DNA of 64,000 nt from NCBI GenBank assembly GCA_002633005.1, contig NMRA01000065.1, forward strand, positions 174,420 to 238,419, read 5' to 3'. The translations under genes and the position numbers were made by a program. Positions 26,101-38,348 of the stretch are shown here, piece by piece (the stretch's first letter is position 1; every line of letters begins with the position of its first letter). The notes below the pieces were generated by a model. That model was not told where the DNA came from, did not search any database, and saw only the letters and a list, made by a program, of their open reading frames with translations. This DNA comes from Phoronis australis (taxonomy: Eukaryota; Animalia; Phoronida).

Positions 26101-29100
26101 TTTAATTTGAGAACCCAGTGAGTGGGGAAATCATTCCCACCTTAATATGGTATCTTGTTACTATTGGATGTCAGACCAGAACCTACATTTGAAATTCAAG
26201 AAACGGTTCCATGCCATTCTTTTCATCTGAAATATACCTATTTGTTCCGATGCACACGTAATTGAATACCGACGTGGATTTAATGCTTTGGAAGTTATTT
26301 TTCAGAATTTGGAGTGACCATGGCTCTGTTCTTAGTTGTTCTACTTTATTTTCCCGCCCATCCTCCAAAACCGCCAAGTATATCGGCAACGAAAGAAAGA
26401 ACACCCTTCTTGCAAGGTCTTAAAGATCTGTTCAGGTAAGTATGGCGACACTCAGTTGTACCACAAAACAGCTTTCGGTAGTTTTGTTAGTGGTTAGAAA
26501 GAAGGCACTGAATGTGCCTGACGGACGTTTACGGCATTTCGGTTAAATACATTGCGATTCGCGAGTCGCTGTGTAACCCGGGCGTGCCTTCAGTAACGCT
26601 AGGATCTACGCTAGGAACCAGCTAAAATCTAGCCAAAGTCACGTGTTCTCATTTAAAATACACGACAATATCTGACGCAATCTCCCGAAGTCTTGCTTTT
26701 TAGCGAGGTCCTAGCGTTATTGAACGGGAGCTGGGACTGCCCTATTTATCAATATCCCTACTTCAGACATGTAAATGTATTCTTCTTAAAATGCAAGTAC
26801 GTGTTCATTTTTCCATATTCGTAACACATGCTGGCAATTTCGCATGCACATGTAAGCCAGGCATTGCTTTGGGTATAGATACACCAAGTATCATTTATAT
26901 ATCGTCGAAAAGTATGAAAATTACACCTGAGTCTGAAATTTCAGATATTTTCGGAGTAATAGACTTTCAGAAATTGTGGGCTGTTCCCATTCCCATCGAT
27001 GTAAGCAACTTAAGTAACGCGCAAAATACAACCATATAAAAATTTCATGTCGTTCTCCGACTAAATATTTCCCTCCGAGTATGTTATGAGGTGTAATCAC
27101 TCATTTAATCACACCTCATTTGAAAGTTTGGCACGGGGGGTAACGCTAGAGCTTTCTCTTCCTAGATCACATCACATCCAAATTTGATTTTAGATTTTTG
27201 TGAGCAACCGTCACGGCATCCTCATTTTTGGTATTACGAATTCCGTCTCATCTCAGCAACATAGAGCTGAGAGACATCGTTCTGTATACATGTACAGATT
27301 TTCCTTTCCGCTAATTAAGCTGCGTCAAGAGTCTTATCAAAAAGTATACACTGTCGACGTTTGAAAAGGTCCGTCGTCCTAGAAATTTGAACCACCCGCC
27401 ACCCCGCGTGTCCCGTTTTCGGAGATTTCTCGTAAACAACCAGAAACGTCGAAGTTGTCTCGTTCGGGTGAAGAATGCAGTTTTGCTTGTTCATTCCTCG
27501 GCTAAAGCAGTGCAAAATTATCACATGAGCGGAAAACAAGTTGTACATGTTCTTTCAGAGTACGAAGAGGACATTTATATAGAGATCAAAGTACTTCCAA
27601 AACATATCCTGAAGAAGGATGTCATTTCCTCAATATTTACATCGGGCTCTGCTCCCTCATTCAACACCTGCTCAAAGATTTTTAAACGAGAAGCTATGTT
27701 ACCTGCAGTCACTGCAGTTACAGTACTTAAGGTCACGGAGCTGGTGTCACTAGTGTGTCACGGCAGTCGTCACAGTGCCCAAGGCCGACAACCAGCACAG
27801 CTGGTAGCTAGTGTTTCCCGCCCAGATCATCAGTATAGCCCATGAGCAACCCTACAGCGATGATGGGTAGTGGCAGTGAACACAGGCCCAGCTCATTGCC
27901 ACGTGAGGAGAGTGAGTGGGCCAGGTTTATTGAACAGGCTGAGGAAACGGTTTTAGGGAAATTCGTCATTTACTTGAGTAAATTTCTAAATATTGTATTT
28001 TCGAATGTACCAATTAAGAGTGCGGTGAGGGAAGTGTCAGATAGGCCTATGATGTGAACGAAGTGGGAGCCCAAGTGTCTGTCTTCGGCGTTTTTTTTTT
28101 CACTTGGCTCAACCGCTACCTGAGCCTGTGTGTATTCAGTCTTCGCGTATCCTTGTTCAAAGAAATACGTTCTCATTACCTGGTCGTGAAATAATTCATC
28201 GTCACTTCCAATGTTTATCATTTCTCCGTCACTGAGTCTCATGTTGCGGATCCCGACTCCATCCTTGTCCTGTCCACTTCTGAAAAAATGATGGCTAAAT
28301 CCAGACTTGCACGTGACGCATGCTCGATTAGAGCCCTGGGAACGTAATTTGAGAATAACATTTAGGAATCATAGCACAGGTCACTTGTCACAAAACGATG
28401 TTTCTTGTAGCCGCGTTTAGTTTGCAATAACCCGTGTTGGTGAACACGGGTGCGCTTCATATTCGGGGGAAAATGTCCAAGTGATCCTTCGACGGCCAAG
28501 TTTTCCTAAAGGTGTCGTATTGTTGCAGGATCCCTTCCTTCTGGTGTGTGCTTGTCGTGTTCGGTCTGACGGGTGTTCCAATGATGTGGATCGGCGTATT
28601 CACCTCTGACCTTGTGGATGAAGGTATTTCAGAGGTACGAGGCTCTGTTGTATCATTACGTAGTGCAAGTACGAGTGTTGTAATAGCTTATTATCTATAT
28701 TACCACTATTGATTTAATTTCGATATTATTTCATTGTTTTCAATATGTCAGTCATCATCATACCCGGTTTTGCCTACCATAAGTAGGTTACGAAGCTAGA
28801 CATTCAAAGACTATATCAAGTAGTGATACAACAAACGGCTGATGAAATCAATGTGGCTTATCTTGTAGCTAGAAGGTGGATGGATTGGTTTTTATGCGCA
28901 AGTGGCAGGTGCTCTTGGATCTCTTTTGGTAGCCAGGTAACTCTAACACCCTGCTGTTCGCATCTTCTTCTTTTTCTTCTTCTTCTCTCTGTGTTCCCGT
29001 GTCTGTTCCTTCAGTTCAAATCGCCCTTTACAACGCACACGTTGCCTCTTTATTGCTCGGCGTTTCATGCTTTAGTAAAATGAAGTTGACGCTGCTGCAG

Positions 29101-32100
29101 AAAAATGAACTTAAGTTTCCGAGTCACATTAACTGTAGTCGTGTTTTAGAAACAACATTTGGCTACAAGTCTCGGAATGCGTTTTGTCTGAGGCATTAAA
29201 GAAGCATGGAACGCAAATCTCGTCAAAATATCTTTTAAATAATTCCTGGTGAAGGTACCATCTCGAAACGTGTACCACAGAGTTATTTACATTCTGTGAG
29301 AGACTTTCCAAAGAAATCACAACATTCACGATTTTTAAAATACGCGCCATTTCAAATTCTGTTGTCACCACAGAGGTTCCGGTAATCTCCCTCACATTTA
29401 TGATAAATGCGCGCTTAAGCTCACAGTCATTCGACAAACAGCTGACTGACAAGATAGATATTACTAACGGTACCCTCTGACACAGCGCCACCTATACTGA
29501 AAAGTGGCCCTGTGGAAACATGATGAACGACGTACGGAATTCCGTGCGTGGGCATCAATGCGCATGCCTTGGCCGGAAGTACTGTATATCGATTACATCA
29601 CCACCACTTGCACATGCCTTTATGCATTGCATTTGTTTGGGCTTTTCTTGATTCTGTTTACTTCAACCACTCCTCGTTTTAATAAAATGCAATGACTCAA
29701 ATGAAAGGTGGTCGTCATACTTGATAGTTGTAAATTGAAAGGGTTTCTCAACTTTCAACCAATGACTGAATGTTATGATGTCCGTTTCATTGGCTTTAAC
29801 CAATGAAAAGCGCCATGATAAACAAACTTCGACAGTGCTAACTTTCGTAGCGTCGTGAAATAGTGTATATTAACGTCAAATTATCACGTGTGCTCGCACT
29901 CCGAATCTGAGGTCGACAGCACAGTATGAGGGAAGAATAGTATTCTTTTGGAGGTGGTTATTAAGAAAGCGCTATTGTTCGTACGAAATTCGTTTTGCCA
30001 ATCAGACTGTCAAGGCCTGGGTGTGAACCGATCACTCGTATGGAAATTTTGAAGTTATTTTTGACATTTTCCGTTCTGCGTTTGTGCAAACTTAAGAGAA
30101 GTGTCTATTATCCTATGCTACATTACATAGTGGCTTAGGTATAACTGTCTCATCATACTTTACACTTTTACATTACACTTTACACTTCGAGTTCGACTCG
30201 AATTTTTAGCTACGGTTATTAAAATGACCGTTACTAAAAATTCGAATCGAACTCGAAATTTCGATTTTTCATTCGAATTTGTAACTCGAATTTGGGGGAC
30301 ATCAAGTAGGGGCTTGGACTGGAAAGTCGTATGCATAAACTATAATACATGTATATTCGAGCACACTCAGAGTAATGGACACGTGTCTTGAGTTCACACA
30401 TAGAAAATGTCAAAGATAAGATTTTTTTGCGATTTTGGAGGGAACGTTTACCTCATAAAGTGTGATAGGTTACCACTGGAGTGAACCTGAATTCCCGTTT
30501 CTACGAACAAACTCGGAAATGTCTTGGGCAAGGACTCCGAGTCTACCGCGCTCACCCGTTTTCCGTCGGTCACTTGTATCTGCGAGCATTCTTTTGAGAA
30601 TTGCCTACGAATTCTATAACCTGAAACACTTATTTAAAAATGTTGTACAGGGTGACAATCCGCAATTAACTCAAAATGCGTGTAGTGTGTGCCTTGAACT
30701 TTCACAATGTGTTTCCATGTAATGACTAATTTGTCGGGGTTATTTTCTTCTGCAGGGTGTTTAGATTACATGTTTAATGTATCTACAACAAACACCTAAC
30801 CCACGGACTAATCTGGTCGAAGGTGATGGTGTTTAAGAAAAGTTTAATATATACATGAAACTACCGAGAGTGGCGTACAGTAGATGAAGTAATATCCATC
30901 GAGACATTATTCTGCGTGTCGTACCGTGGAATCAGTAGATGAAGTCAACGAGACATTATTCCACGTGTCGTACCGTGGAATCAAGTCGAGTGTCAGTTTT
31001 GTACCAGATGTTATGTTTGGGACCTGATTGCATGTTGAGTGTAATTTATACTGTTGCAATTTTATTACTTTAAATTTAACGATTTTGGGAAATTTGATGA
31101 GTGAATCGCCTAGCGACCTCGAGTCGACATTGACCGACATGTACCTTTTGAACTTTCCATGTCAGAGAACACTGTATAGTAGTCCCAGGAGTGCAACACG
31201 GAAAACAATAAAACGTGGCCGTATTGCACTCGACTTAATCAATGCCTATAGCATAAAAGCAGAATTTCTCTACCTAATTTCTGTCAATCTGAAATAACAT
31301 TCTAAGAAATTTCTGTTGCGGTGAATTTTCACGTAGGAAGATGAAATTCGGGAATTCAATGTAATTTACCCGCCGATAGGGGACAGCCACAAAAATCCGG
31401 CAATCAAATTTCAAAGTGAGCATTCCAGCAAAAGCCTCATTTCCACTCTCACAAATAGACGGAACTGGTTGAAGTTTCCTACATGTTTGTTGTTGTTTGC
31501 CTCAATTTTTAGCTAAATTTGGAACCAGCAATCGGTCTTTCTGAATTTTAGGCTCTTATTGATTGACTCTTACATTATGTAGGTTTGGCGATATCTTCGC
31601 CGGCTACATGAAAACTATTGCAATTGTTTTCACTGCTGCGTGTGCTGGTTCGATGACTCTATTCTTTCTCTTGGGAGCTCAAGTCATTCCATTTTCCAAG
31701 GGTAAGTTCGTTGATAACTCGCTTTGAAATAATCAAACTGCGTAAAAGCCAACACGTTTGTCAGTGAGTTTTGCACAAGGCATTTATGGATTTAAATTGG
31801 AAAAGTGTTATGAATTTTTCAACTCGTGTGATTTATTGACAGTAGCTAGCTACATGCGCGCACCCAGCCTAAATTATAGGGGGGCTCGAATTTTTAGGTA
31901 TGCGGGCCTTTTACTGAAAAAAATCAGCGACCACTAGGTTCAGGCCTACGGATTGTGCATACGCGCCGAATTCCTGTGGGCTTTGTGGACTAGCCTCCTT
32001 TACTCGGACGTTTTGTTTCGCTGAGGCGAACCTTTTTGCCCAATTCGCCAAATTGGGGGGGGCTCGTTCGAGCCCCCCGAGCCCCCCCCCCCTCCTCCCT

Positions 32101-33208
32101 GGGTGCGCCTACTACAGCTTCAGAGTATGGTCACCGTATAAAATGACTCTTCGTGACAAAATTGTAGAGCCTGGTCTCAACTCTCAAGGTATAACGAACA
32201 TTCGGAAACATCGAATTTGGCTCAATGAACAAACTGAGACCAATTTCATGTTAACGAAAAGCGAGTTGAACAACAACAACAACAACAAAATCTTTGGGGC
32301 GGAAGGCATGTTTATTGCCGCTTTAAACGTTTCTTTGCAGGCTTGCTGTATTTCTCATCCATAGCTACATTTGCGTCACTGTTTTGCATAATCCCGTTGA
32401 TCTTCGAGCTGTCTTGCGAGGTAGTTTATCCTGTAGCCGAAGGAGTGACAGGTGGTGTGCTCACTGTGCTCAACCAGTTGTTGGGGGTCGTCTTTATATT
32501 TGCCATTATGAACCAGAGTAAGTTATCATTAAACAGGGCGGTTACCTTTTCGAGTGCCTTTTTTGGCATGTTTTACATACGCTTAAGGTATGAGCGCAGT
32601 TATCAGAACTGATAAGCAAAGAACACAGGTCACCAGGATCTGTGGAAGTGCTCGAATTTGCTCATTGCGTTTGAGGAACTACTTTTTAGTTAAAATAAAT
32701 CAACTAAAATACTCACATTACTTTACTTATTATAGTTAGTGAAATATGTCGCTTAAGCTTAGTTCAAGTTCGTGGACACTGGGTATGTCGATTTATAGTA
32801 ACTGTTTCTCGGCTTTCGTAAGTATAAGCTACAGGCAATAATCCTTCTACGGGAGAACGAAAACTGATAGAACCACGCTGAAATGTTTATGAGCCACCTT
32901 CCTGCTCCCCACCTGGTGTCTGGAAATGCATGATGTGCTAATTCGTCAGCTGTAATAAAGTGATTTCCCTCAATCCATTGCGCAAACGACACCCTCCACT
33001 ATTCTAAAAGGTAAAAAGATATTGGTCAATTCTAATTTCAGATTCCTTCGTAATGAACTGCTTCGTTTTGGGCTCAATTGTCGCCTGCCTTCCGCTTCTG
33101 CTTGTCATGCGTATACAGTACAAAAGATCGGACGTCGACACAGGATTGAATAAAATCCCACACGAACGCATAATTGCCGTGAATGGGAGCGGTGAAACAC
33201 TCCCCTAA
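14194..33208 (+). CDS. SLC49A4: SLC49A4/DIRC2-like (FLVCR family) MFS transporter, 12 coding exons, 514 aa
   Basis: Exons 14194-14572, 19201-19297, 21005-21168, 22272-22323, 22693-22730, 23716-23763, 26306-26435, 28529-28634, 28869-28936, 31583-31701, 32341-32517 and 33042-33208. All are GT-AG with consistent phases, 1545 nt in total. Motifs: VYKRRWYML, WNTWGPI, STWFPQNQRATST, YFPAHPPKPPS, FELSCEVVYPVAEG, YKRSDVD. N-terminal DKSPLV resembles a dileucine lysosomal signal. Exact orthology versus a lineage-specific paralog is not established. Confidence 0.9.
15382..19140 (+). mobile_element. Academ DNA transposon, decayed, in the first coding intron of the SLC49A4-like gene
   Basis: TAG...CTA termini (TAGTCTAGACGCATTTC and GAAATGCGTCTAGACTA) with long imperfect TIRs. 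Broken ORFs carry Academ motifs GQEHTVLRVDQAL, FWWSYM, IDIVFDRY, THEEADPRLVLHA, FHAVTG, RVHYQVKVW and a C-terminal Cys cluster. Confidence 0.88.
21355..21466. repeat. Degenerate palindrome with CCCGA-GCC-GCA-GGC apex (Crypton-like terminal hairpin remnant)
   Basis: Arms TCAGGTCACAT and ATGTGACCTGA around apex CCCGATGCCGCAGGCC (21396). Confidence 0.5.
22560..22670. repeat. Degenerate (TG/TGCG/TATG)n microsatellite
   Basis: Low-complexity run directly visible just before exon 22693. Confidence 0.8.
24221..25858. mobile_element. Kolobok non-autonomous family B, copy 2 (inverted relative to copy 1, intronic)
   Basis: Termini AGGAGAATGC and GGGTGGAATTCTCCT with TTAA-like flanks; end-to-end reverse homology with 11262-12941. 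THAP remnant 24372-24581 on plus, KolX remnant (FGQEYSDQE) on minus. Confidence 0.85.
26581..26733. mobile_element. Short MITE-like inverted repeat element
   Basis: Inverted arms TTCAGTAACGCTAGGA and TCCTAGCGTTATTGAA, about 110 bp apart. Confidence 0.45.
27330..28260. mobile_element. Old Kolobok remnant related to 3896-5837 (TIRs not recognisable)
   Basis: Plus-strand LVRVKNAVLLVH..KAVQNY...LKKDVISSIF..GSAPS matches LVRVKNAALPVH..KAVENY...LKKDAIPSV..GSAPS. Minus-strand SDGE...SDDE...EYTQAQVAVE...EDR matches KolX at 4230-4541. Confidence 0.8.
30186..30257. repeat. ~72-bp imperfect palindrome
   Basis: TTCGAGTTCGACTCGAATTTTTAG...CTAAAAATTCGAATCGAACTCGAA. Confidence 0.7.
30879..30983. repeat. 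Local tandem duplication (~50 bp x2)
   Basis: AGTAGATGAAGT...CGAGACATTATTC..CGTGTCGTACCGTGGAATC occurs twice. Confidence 0.8.
31853..32111. mobile_element. MITE family A copy
   Basis: CATGCGCGCACCC start, GGGTGCGC end, internal similarity to 2197-2445. TSD is decayed. Confidence 0.75.
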
Positions 33209-33724
33209 AACAATTTAGACTAATTGTTAGAGTTGCAAAGTCCTTGTTTGGACGAATTTCGAAAAATAGGGTGACCGTGCTCGGAACTTGTCGATTGCTT
33301 TCGTGGTGACATTAACATTATCTTAGGTGCGGAATCGCTGATTTATTAATAATTATTGAAGGATAATATAAACTTCTTTTACTCTCCCTAAGCTTATAAT
33401 ACCAGGTTTTTTATCTGAACATAATCATCATCACAAAATTAAATTAAAAGACGTCAAGAAGACAACTATCAAAAGTTTTAACATGCAGACAGCTTAAGTG
33501 TAGATAGTTTTACCTCTGCAAGAACCGTGTACTTCATAAACCTATCTGTGTAGTACACCAAATCGTAACATTGCCTTGTGACGGGAAAAGAATTTGTTGA
33601 AGATTCGGCCTCTGAGTTTCTCGAAACGTTTCGTCTTCTGTCTGTTTTTTGATTACGTGTTTTCGACAGATTTCCCGAATTTCAGCCTTACCCTGCCTTC
33701 TGTGAAACCGAAAAACCATCCATA

Positions 33725-35881
33725 TAGTCGGTGGGCCAGATCTCGTAGCGTTCATCCTTGTGAGTACTTTGGGGGGGCCACCTAGTTTTTTCTATGTGGC
33801 TAGATAATATACCTATAAATCAAATTCCAAAAAGTTCCCACGTCTACACTTGCACATTTTTTTTAAAAAAGGTGTTTTTGTTGCACAAAATATGATGCAC
33901 ATTCCTGCCACTTGATGGCGCTTTTCTATTGAATTGACCAATCAGAGAGCCAGATTGTATTGTTGTGCTTAGTTACTTCAATATGGCTGCTCCCATGGAG
34001 TGTGATGCCTGTATAATTCAAGGTTTATCAAACAGCACAAAATTGTGATGTCAGAGCCTAAAGAAGCTTAGGAAAGTTTCCTGACGAAAGCTGATTGACT
34101 GTGGAACTCTGTAGATCAGTAGATCAAAAAGAAGAAGAGGTGTCACAAACGTTTGTGCAGAAAACAGCTGCATGTCCTGGTAGCCTACACAGTATACTAC
34201 TGAGTGCTGTAGACTAGAAGACCAAGTGTTAGACCAGAAAATTGAAAGGACATAGAACGGCATAGCAACGTTTCAAGGCACCAACAGTAGTACTAAAGCT
34301 GAAGTTGCTGAAAGTGATACAGATGTTATCCAAGATTTCCCAAGAAAATCAATTATATTTCCAAAATCTGAAACACCCAATTACCCTGAACAAGATAGGA
34401 ACATTCTGAAACATGAGTGCATCATTTGATAGCAGGAAAAGTACATTATGAGCCACATTTCAAGAGAAAGAAGTATAGCTTTCAAAAACAGGTACGTGTT
34501 TTTGAAAAATACATATTGGTGTTTTCCACTGATGTGTGTTTCAGTATTATCACCAGTTGTTTTTTAACTTGTTCAGCCCCTTGGCTGCCTAGGCCTTAGA
34601 CAATACTGCTTACCAAGTAGAGTCGATGATCATACCATAGGTACTCCATATGCTGCATACTTTTCGGCAAACTATGTTCCTATAAGTTTAGAAGTACCGC
34701 GTAGAGATATGTCTCTGAGGAGGTCGTTAATGTTTTCATTTGTTCCCAGTTTAAACAAATACTCCTGCAATCCTGTTTTTCGAACACTTCATTCAGTTGC
34801 CACATCTACACTGCTTGCGCTAAGGGATAATCCTATGGCGTTATATACTGTGGGTGTGATTTTAAAGCACTTTAAGTCAAAAATTTTTGAGAAGGTTAAA
34901 TGGAGTAAATGGTTGCAAACAACAAGCCCAAGTGGCCGTCATCCCCTGCCGTAGTCTCAATTTTTTGTAAACATTAATTACTTAGGTAGGTGCAATGATA
35001 ATTAAATTAAAATGCCTAAGTGGCCATCGTCGCCGTCGAAATTTGAGGACGATGGAAGCCACTGTCCATTTCGTCAAACGTCGATTACCTGTAGTGTAAA
35101 TCGATTGACTATGGTTTGAGCATCTGATTTAAAAAAATTAAATTTCAATCACTGCACTGGTATATCAGTTGATTTATTTTCAGTTGCATCAACTGATCTA
35201 ATTATTAGCCGATCAACATTATTAGGCTACAGATCAGACGGCATGTAAATTTGTTAGGCTGGTGGTGGATCAGTGCCTGATAAGTCCGTCTGAAAAAGTT
35301 GCATGCCAACTCACTCATAGTTGAATGTTAAGTTAGTGTTAACAGTTCGGGGGTTTTTTCAGTTGGACTTGTATCGCAAGCAACAGCTCAGTCCAGAGCC
35401 CTGAATATGCAAATGAAATTCAAAGATAAAGACCTTGTGTCTTAGAAGTCAAGTACCACAGATCATCATGCTATAAAAAATAGAAAGACAACGATTATGA
35501 AGAGTGACGAATTCACAGTTTTCAGAGATGTTTTTCTACAGTTTTGTTTGGAGTTCATTGAATCGAAGCTTCTAACACAAGGAGATCTCATTTGCCTTTC
35601 AAAACTAAAGCAAGACTTTGAAGCTGTTCTTCAGAAAGCTGGTGTGCATGAAGTTATTTGGACAGGCAATCTTAAGAAATATTGTTGAAGCTACTCACTG
35701 TTGTAGTTTGTGCCCGACTAAGAGATACNTCTCAAAAATGTGCAACTTTATATGTGGGAACTTTTTAGATTTTGAAAACACTCTAATAAATGAATTAAAA
35801 AACACCAAAATAAAATTGCCCCCCTAAAGTACTCACAAAAACCATTTTCTAGAGGCCCTACAAAATCTGGCCCACCGACTA
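33725..35881 (+). mobile_element. Academ-type non-autonomous (internally deleted) transposon
   Basis: TIRs TAGTCGGTGGGCCAGAT and ATCTGGCCCACCGACTA, 3-bp TSD ATA. Remnant KDKDLV..EVKYHRS.CYK near 35420-35475 resembles the Academ N-terminal DLxAxExxYHxxCY motif. Confidence 0.8.
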
Positions 35882-35978
35882 ATAGAGTGAATTTTAACCG
35901 AAAGTCTATAGACGAAGTCAAGTCAAGTCAAGTCATTTTATTTACAGTCGGTTTGTCAAACAACGAGAAAACATTGCT

Positions 35979-36130
35979 ATATGTATATATATATATATAT
36001 ATATATGTATATGTATATGTATATTGTATATGTATATGTATGCATTTATGTATATTGTATATGTATATGTATATGTTTATGTATGTATATATGTATATAT
36101 GTATATATATATATGTATGTGTGTGTGTGT
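35979..36130. repeat. (TA)n/(TATG)n/(TG)n compound microsatellite
   Basis: Directly visible. Confidence 0.95.
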
Positions 36131-36954
36131 GAAATTAAAAACAAAATTCAAAATACTATAAAACAAGGTTAACAAATTTGAGCAATTAGCACCATTATGT
36201 CTGATTCATAAAATTGCAGATACTACACTTACAGGGAGGCTCAGTCCATACGTTGTACGAAAGTCGGTGGAATCTTCAGACCAAAAATTCCTTGAACTAT
36301 TACCGGTTATTATGAACACGAACTCAACTCGGACGGCTGCGATAACCAGATCCATGTTATGTCTCATTTTGACATTGGAAGGTCAACCCATACATAAATT
36401 CTACGAATGACACATTAAATCCGTCTATTATAAGCTAATGAAGTGGAAATGTAATCAGCAGTCACCCAGTCAAATTCCTTCTAATGCTATGATTGACGTT
36501 GTGGCGCTTCCAATTGCCCACAACCAATTTTCAACTCACAAAGACGCAAGTGTGTAGATTGTTTCTTGAGGAAAATTATAACGAAAGTAATTTTCGCGAA
36601 AATTTCGGCTTAAAACGTTTGTAACTAAGGTTGTGTTAATCACCACTGTTTATGAAGACCATGCTTTAAAGCTGCAGCCAACCACAACGATACGTATACC
36701 ACCCTACTATAACTGGACACGTGAGGAATTCGAGCCTAAAGCTCTGGGGGTGAAAATGTATCGATGTATGCAAAAGGGTGTAACTGAAATGTTTCACTAA
36801 TGCACTTGTCATCAAGGCTCATGATAAACAACTTGTGCATGTGACTACTCGAAAACCAGTCGCTTAATGCATTTGCCCAAGCGAATTACGGGATTCAGTT
36901 TCCTTTTTTTACATGCGGATTCAGTGTATCGTCGCATGTGGTGACACTTCGTCG

Positions 36955-37209
36955 CATGCACGCACCCGGGGGGGGGGGGCTCGGTTGGCTCGTACGAGAC
37001 CCCTCATTTGGCGAAATGGTAAAAAGGTCCGCCTCAGAGAAACAAAATGCCGAGAAAACGAGGCAAAAGTCCACTAAAAAGGCGCAGACGCACCGCAGTT
37101 CACAGACTTGAAGGTGGTACCCCTTTTTTAGTCCTCCCGCTTTTTGTAAGCAAAAGGTCCACTTTGTCAGAGATTCGAGCCCTCCAGTTAAAGGCTGGGT
37201 GCGCGCATG
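36955..37209. mobile_element. MITE family A copy (reverse orientation)
   Basis: CATGCACGCACCC...GGGTGCGCGCATG with exact 5-bp TSD CGTCG. Confidence 0.88.
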
Positions 37210-38348
37210 CGTCGCAATGGTCGTGAATGCACGTCACCGCAAACGAAGAAGAAAACATGAACATTAGATCCTCCTTTCTTACTGTACTCTGGATTCAGAA
37301 AACGTTTGACGGCTCCTTGAAGCTATAGTTTTAAATATGCTTCTACAAACAATACACTGAGAAAAATCTCTCCGGGATTCTGACCATACTGCCCGAGGCG
37401 CATGACCTTTGAACCCTAGTGAAACCATGATTTTTCAATTTAGATTCGGCAAGTTATAATGTGAAGGAAACGGCCATGTGATCGATTTCCGTTTGCACTT
37501 TTTTCTGACAACAGTTTTCGTACATGTACCTCCGTCCTTTGAAAAAGTTAGGCCTTTTAAAACTTAGTAAACAGCAATGTGGTATTTTCTCTTTGTCTGA
37601 TTATGACACACGTTGTTCACTGCATGACGCAATTGTTCTTTAAGTTATGTTGATTAGCAAGTCACAAGGTGTTTATCCAGCAAAAGTATACTTCTTATTT
37701 GAACACCGCATTACTGTGCGGCTAGGTCCGCATGTGTAGTGAGAGTATGGCTTTCTTTTATAGAAGTGCCTCGATCGTGTTGAACTGGAGCTATGATAGC
37801 GTAACCATGATTGGTATGTTGTTTAAACTAAATACATTATACTGGCGAGGTCAATACAGGTCAATAAATATTTTACCTAATCGTAGCCAGTAAGGCAGTG
37901 ACTAGATCTGCCGCCGCTAAGGCTGTTGATGGCCTCAAAAATCTATTTCCTTACTTGGAATTTAATGGGGTTTACACCAGTGAGCACCACAAAACTCCAA
38001 AACAACATGCGAGTGATACTTATAAAGCATCTGTAATCTAAACTATAAAAATAGGTCATGACCGGTGAGCAAAGTAAAGTATTAGCTGCTTAGCTGTTGT
38101 GGGTCACGCGGTCGACCAGTCCGCCTGTTGTACATTCACGCGTGCCGCAAACGGCCTTGTTAACGGTAACTTTAAGGAGCTTCGAATTCGACGATGTTAA
38201 TGAAACAAAGAGACAAGACCACAAGCCATTCAAGTTTTGCACGTCTAATAACGTTTACTCTTGCATCCTTGTCTACAGTGCTTGTGATTGACCGACAATA
38301 GCTAGCCATCGCTATCGGTAAGAGACTAAATTTGTTTTATCGGCGATA

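Noticed and set aside
35887-36172. Tyr/Ile/Met/Cys-rich ORFs
   Set aside because: These are translations of the TA/TG microsatellite.
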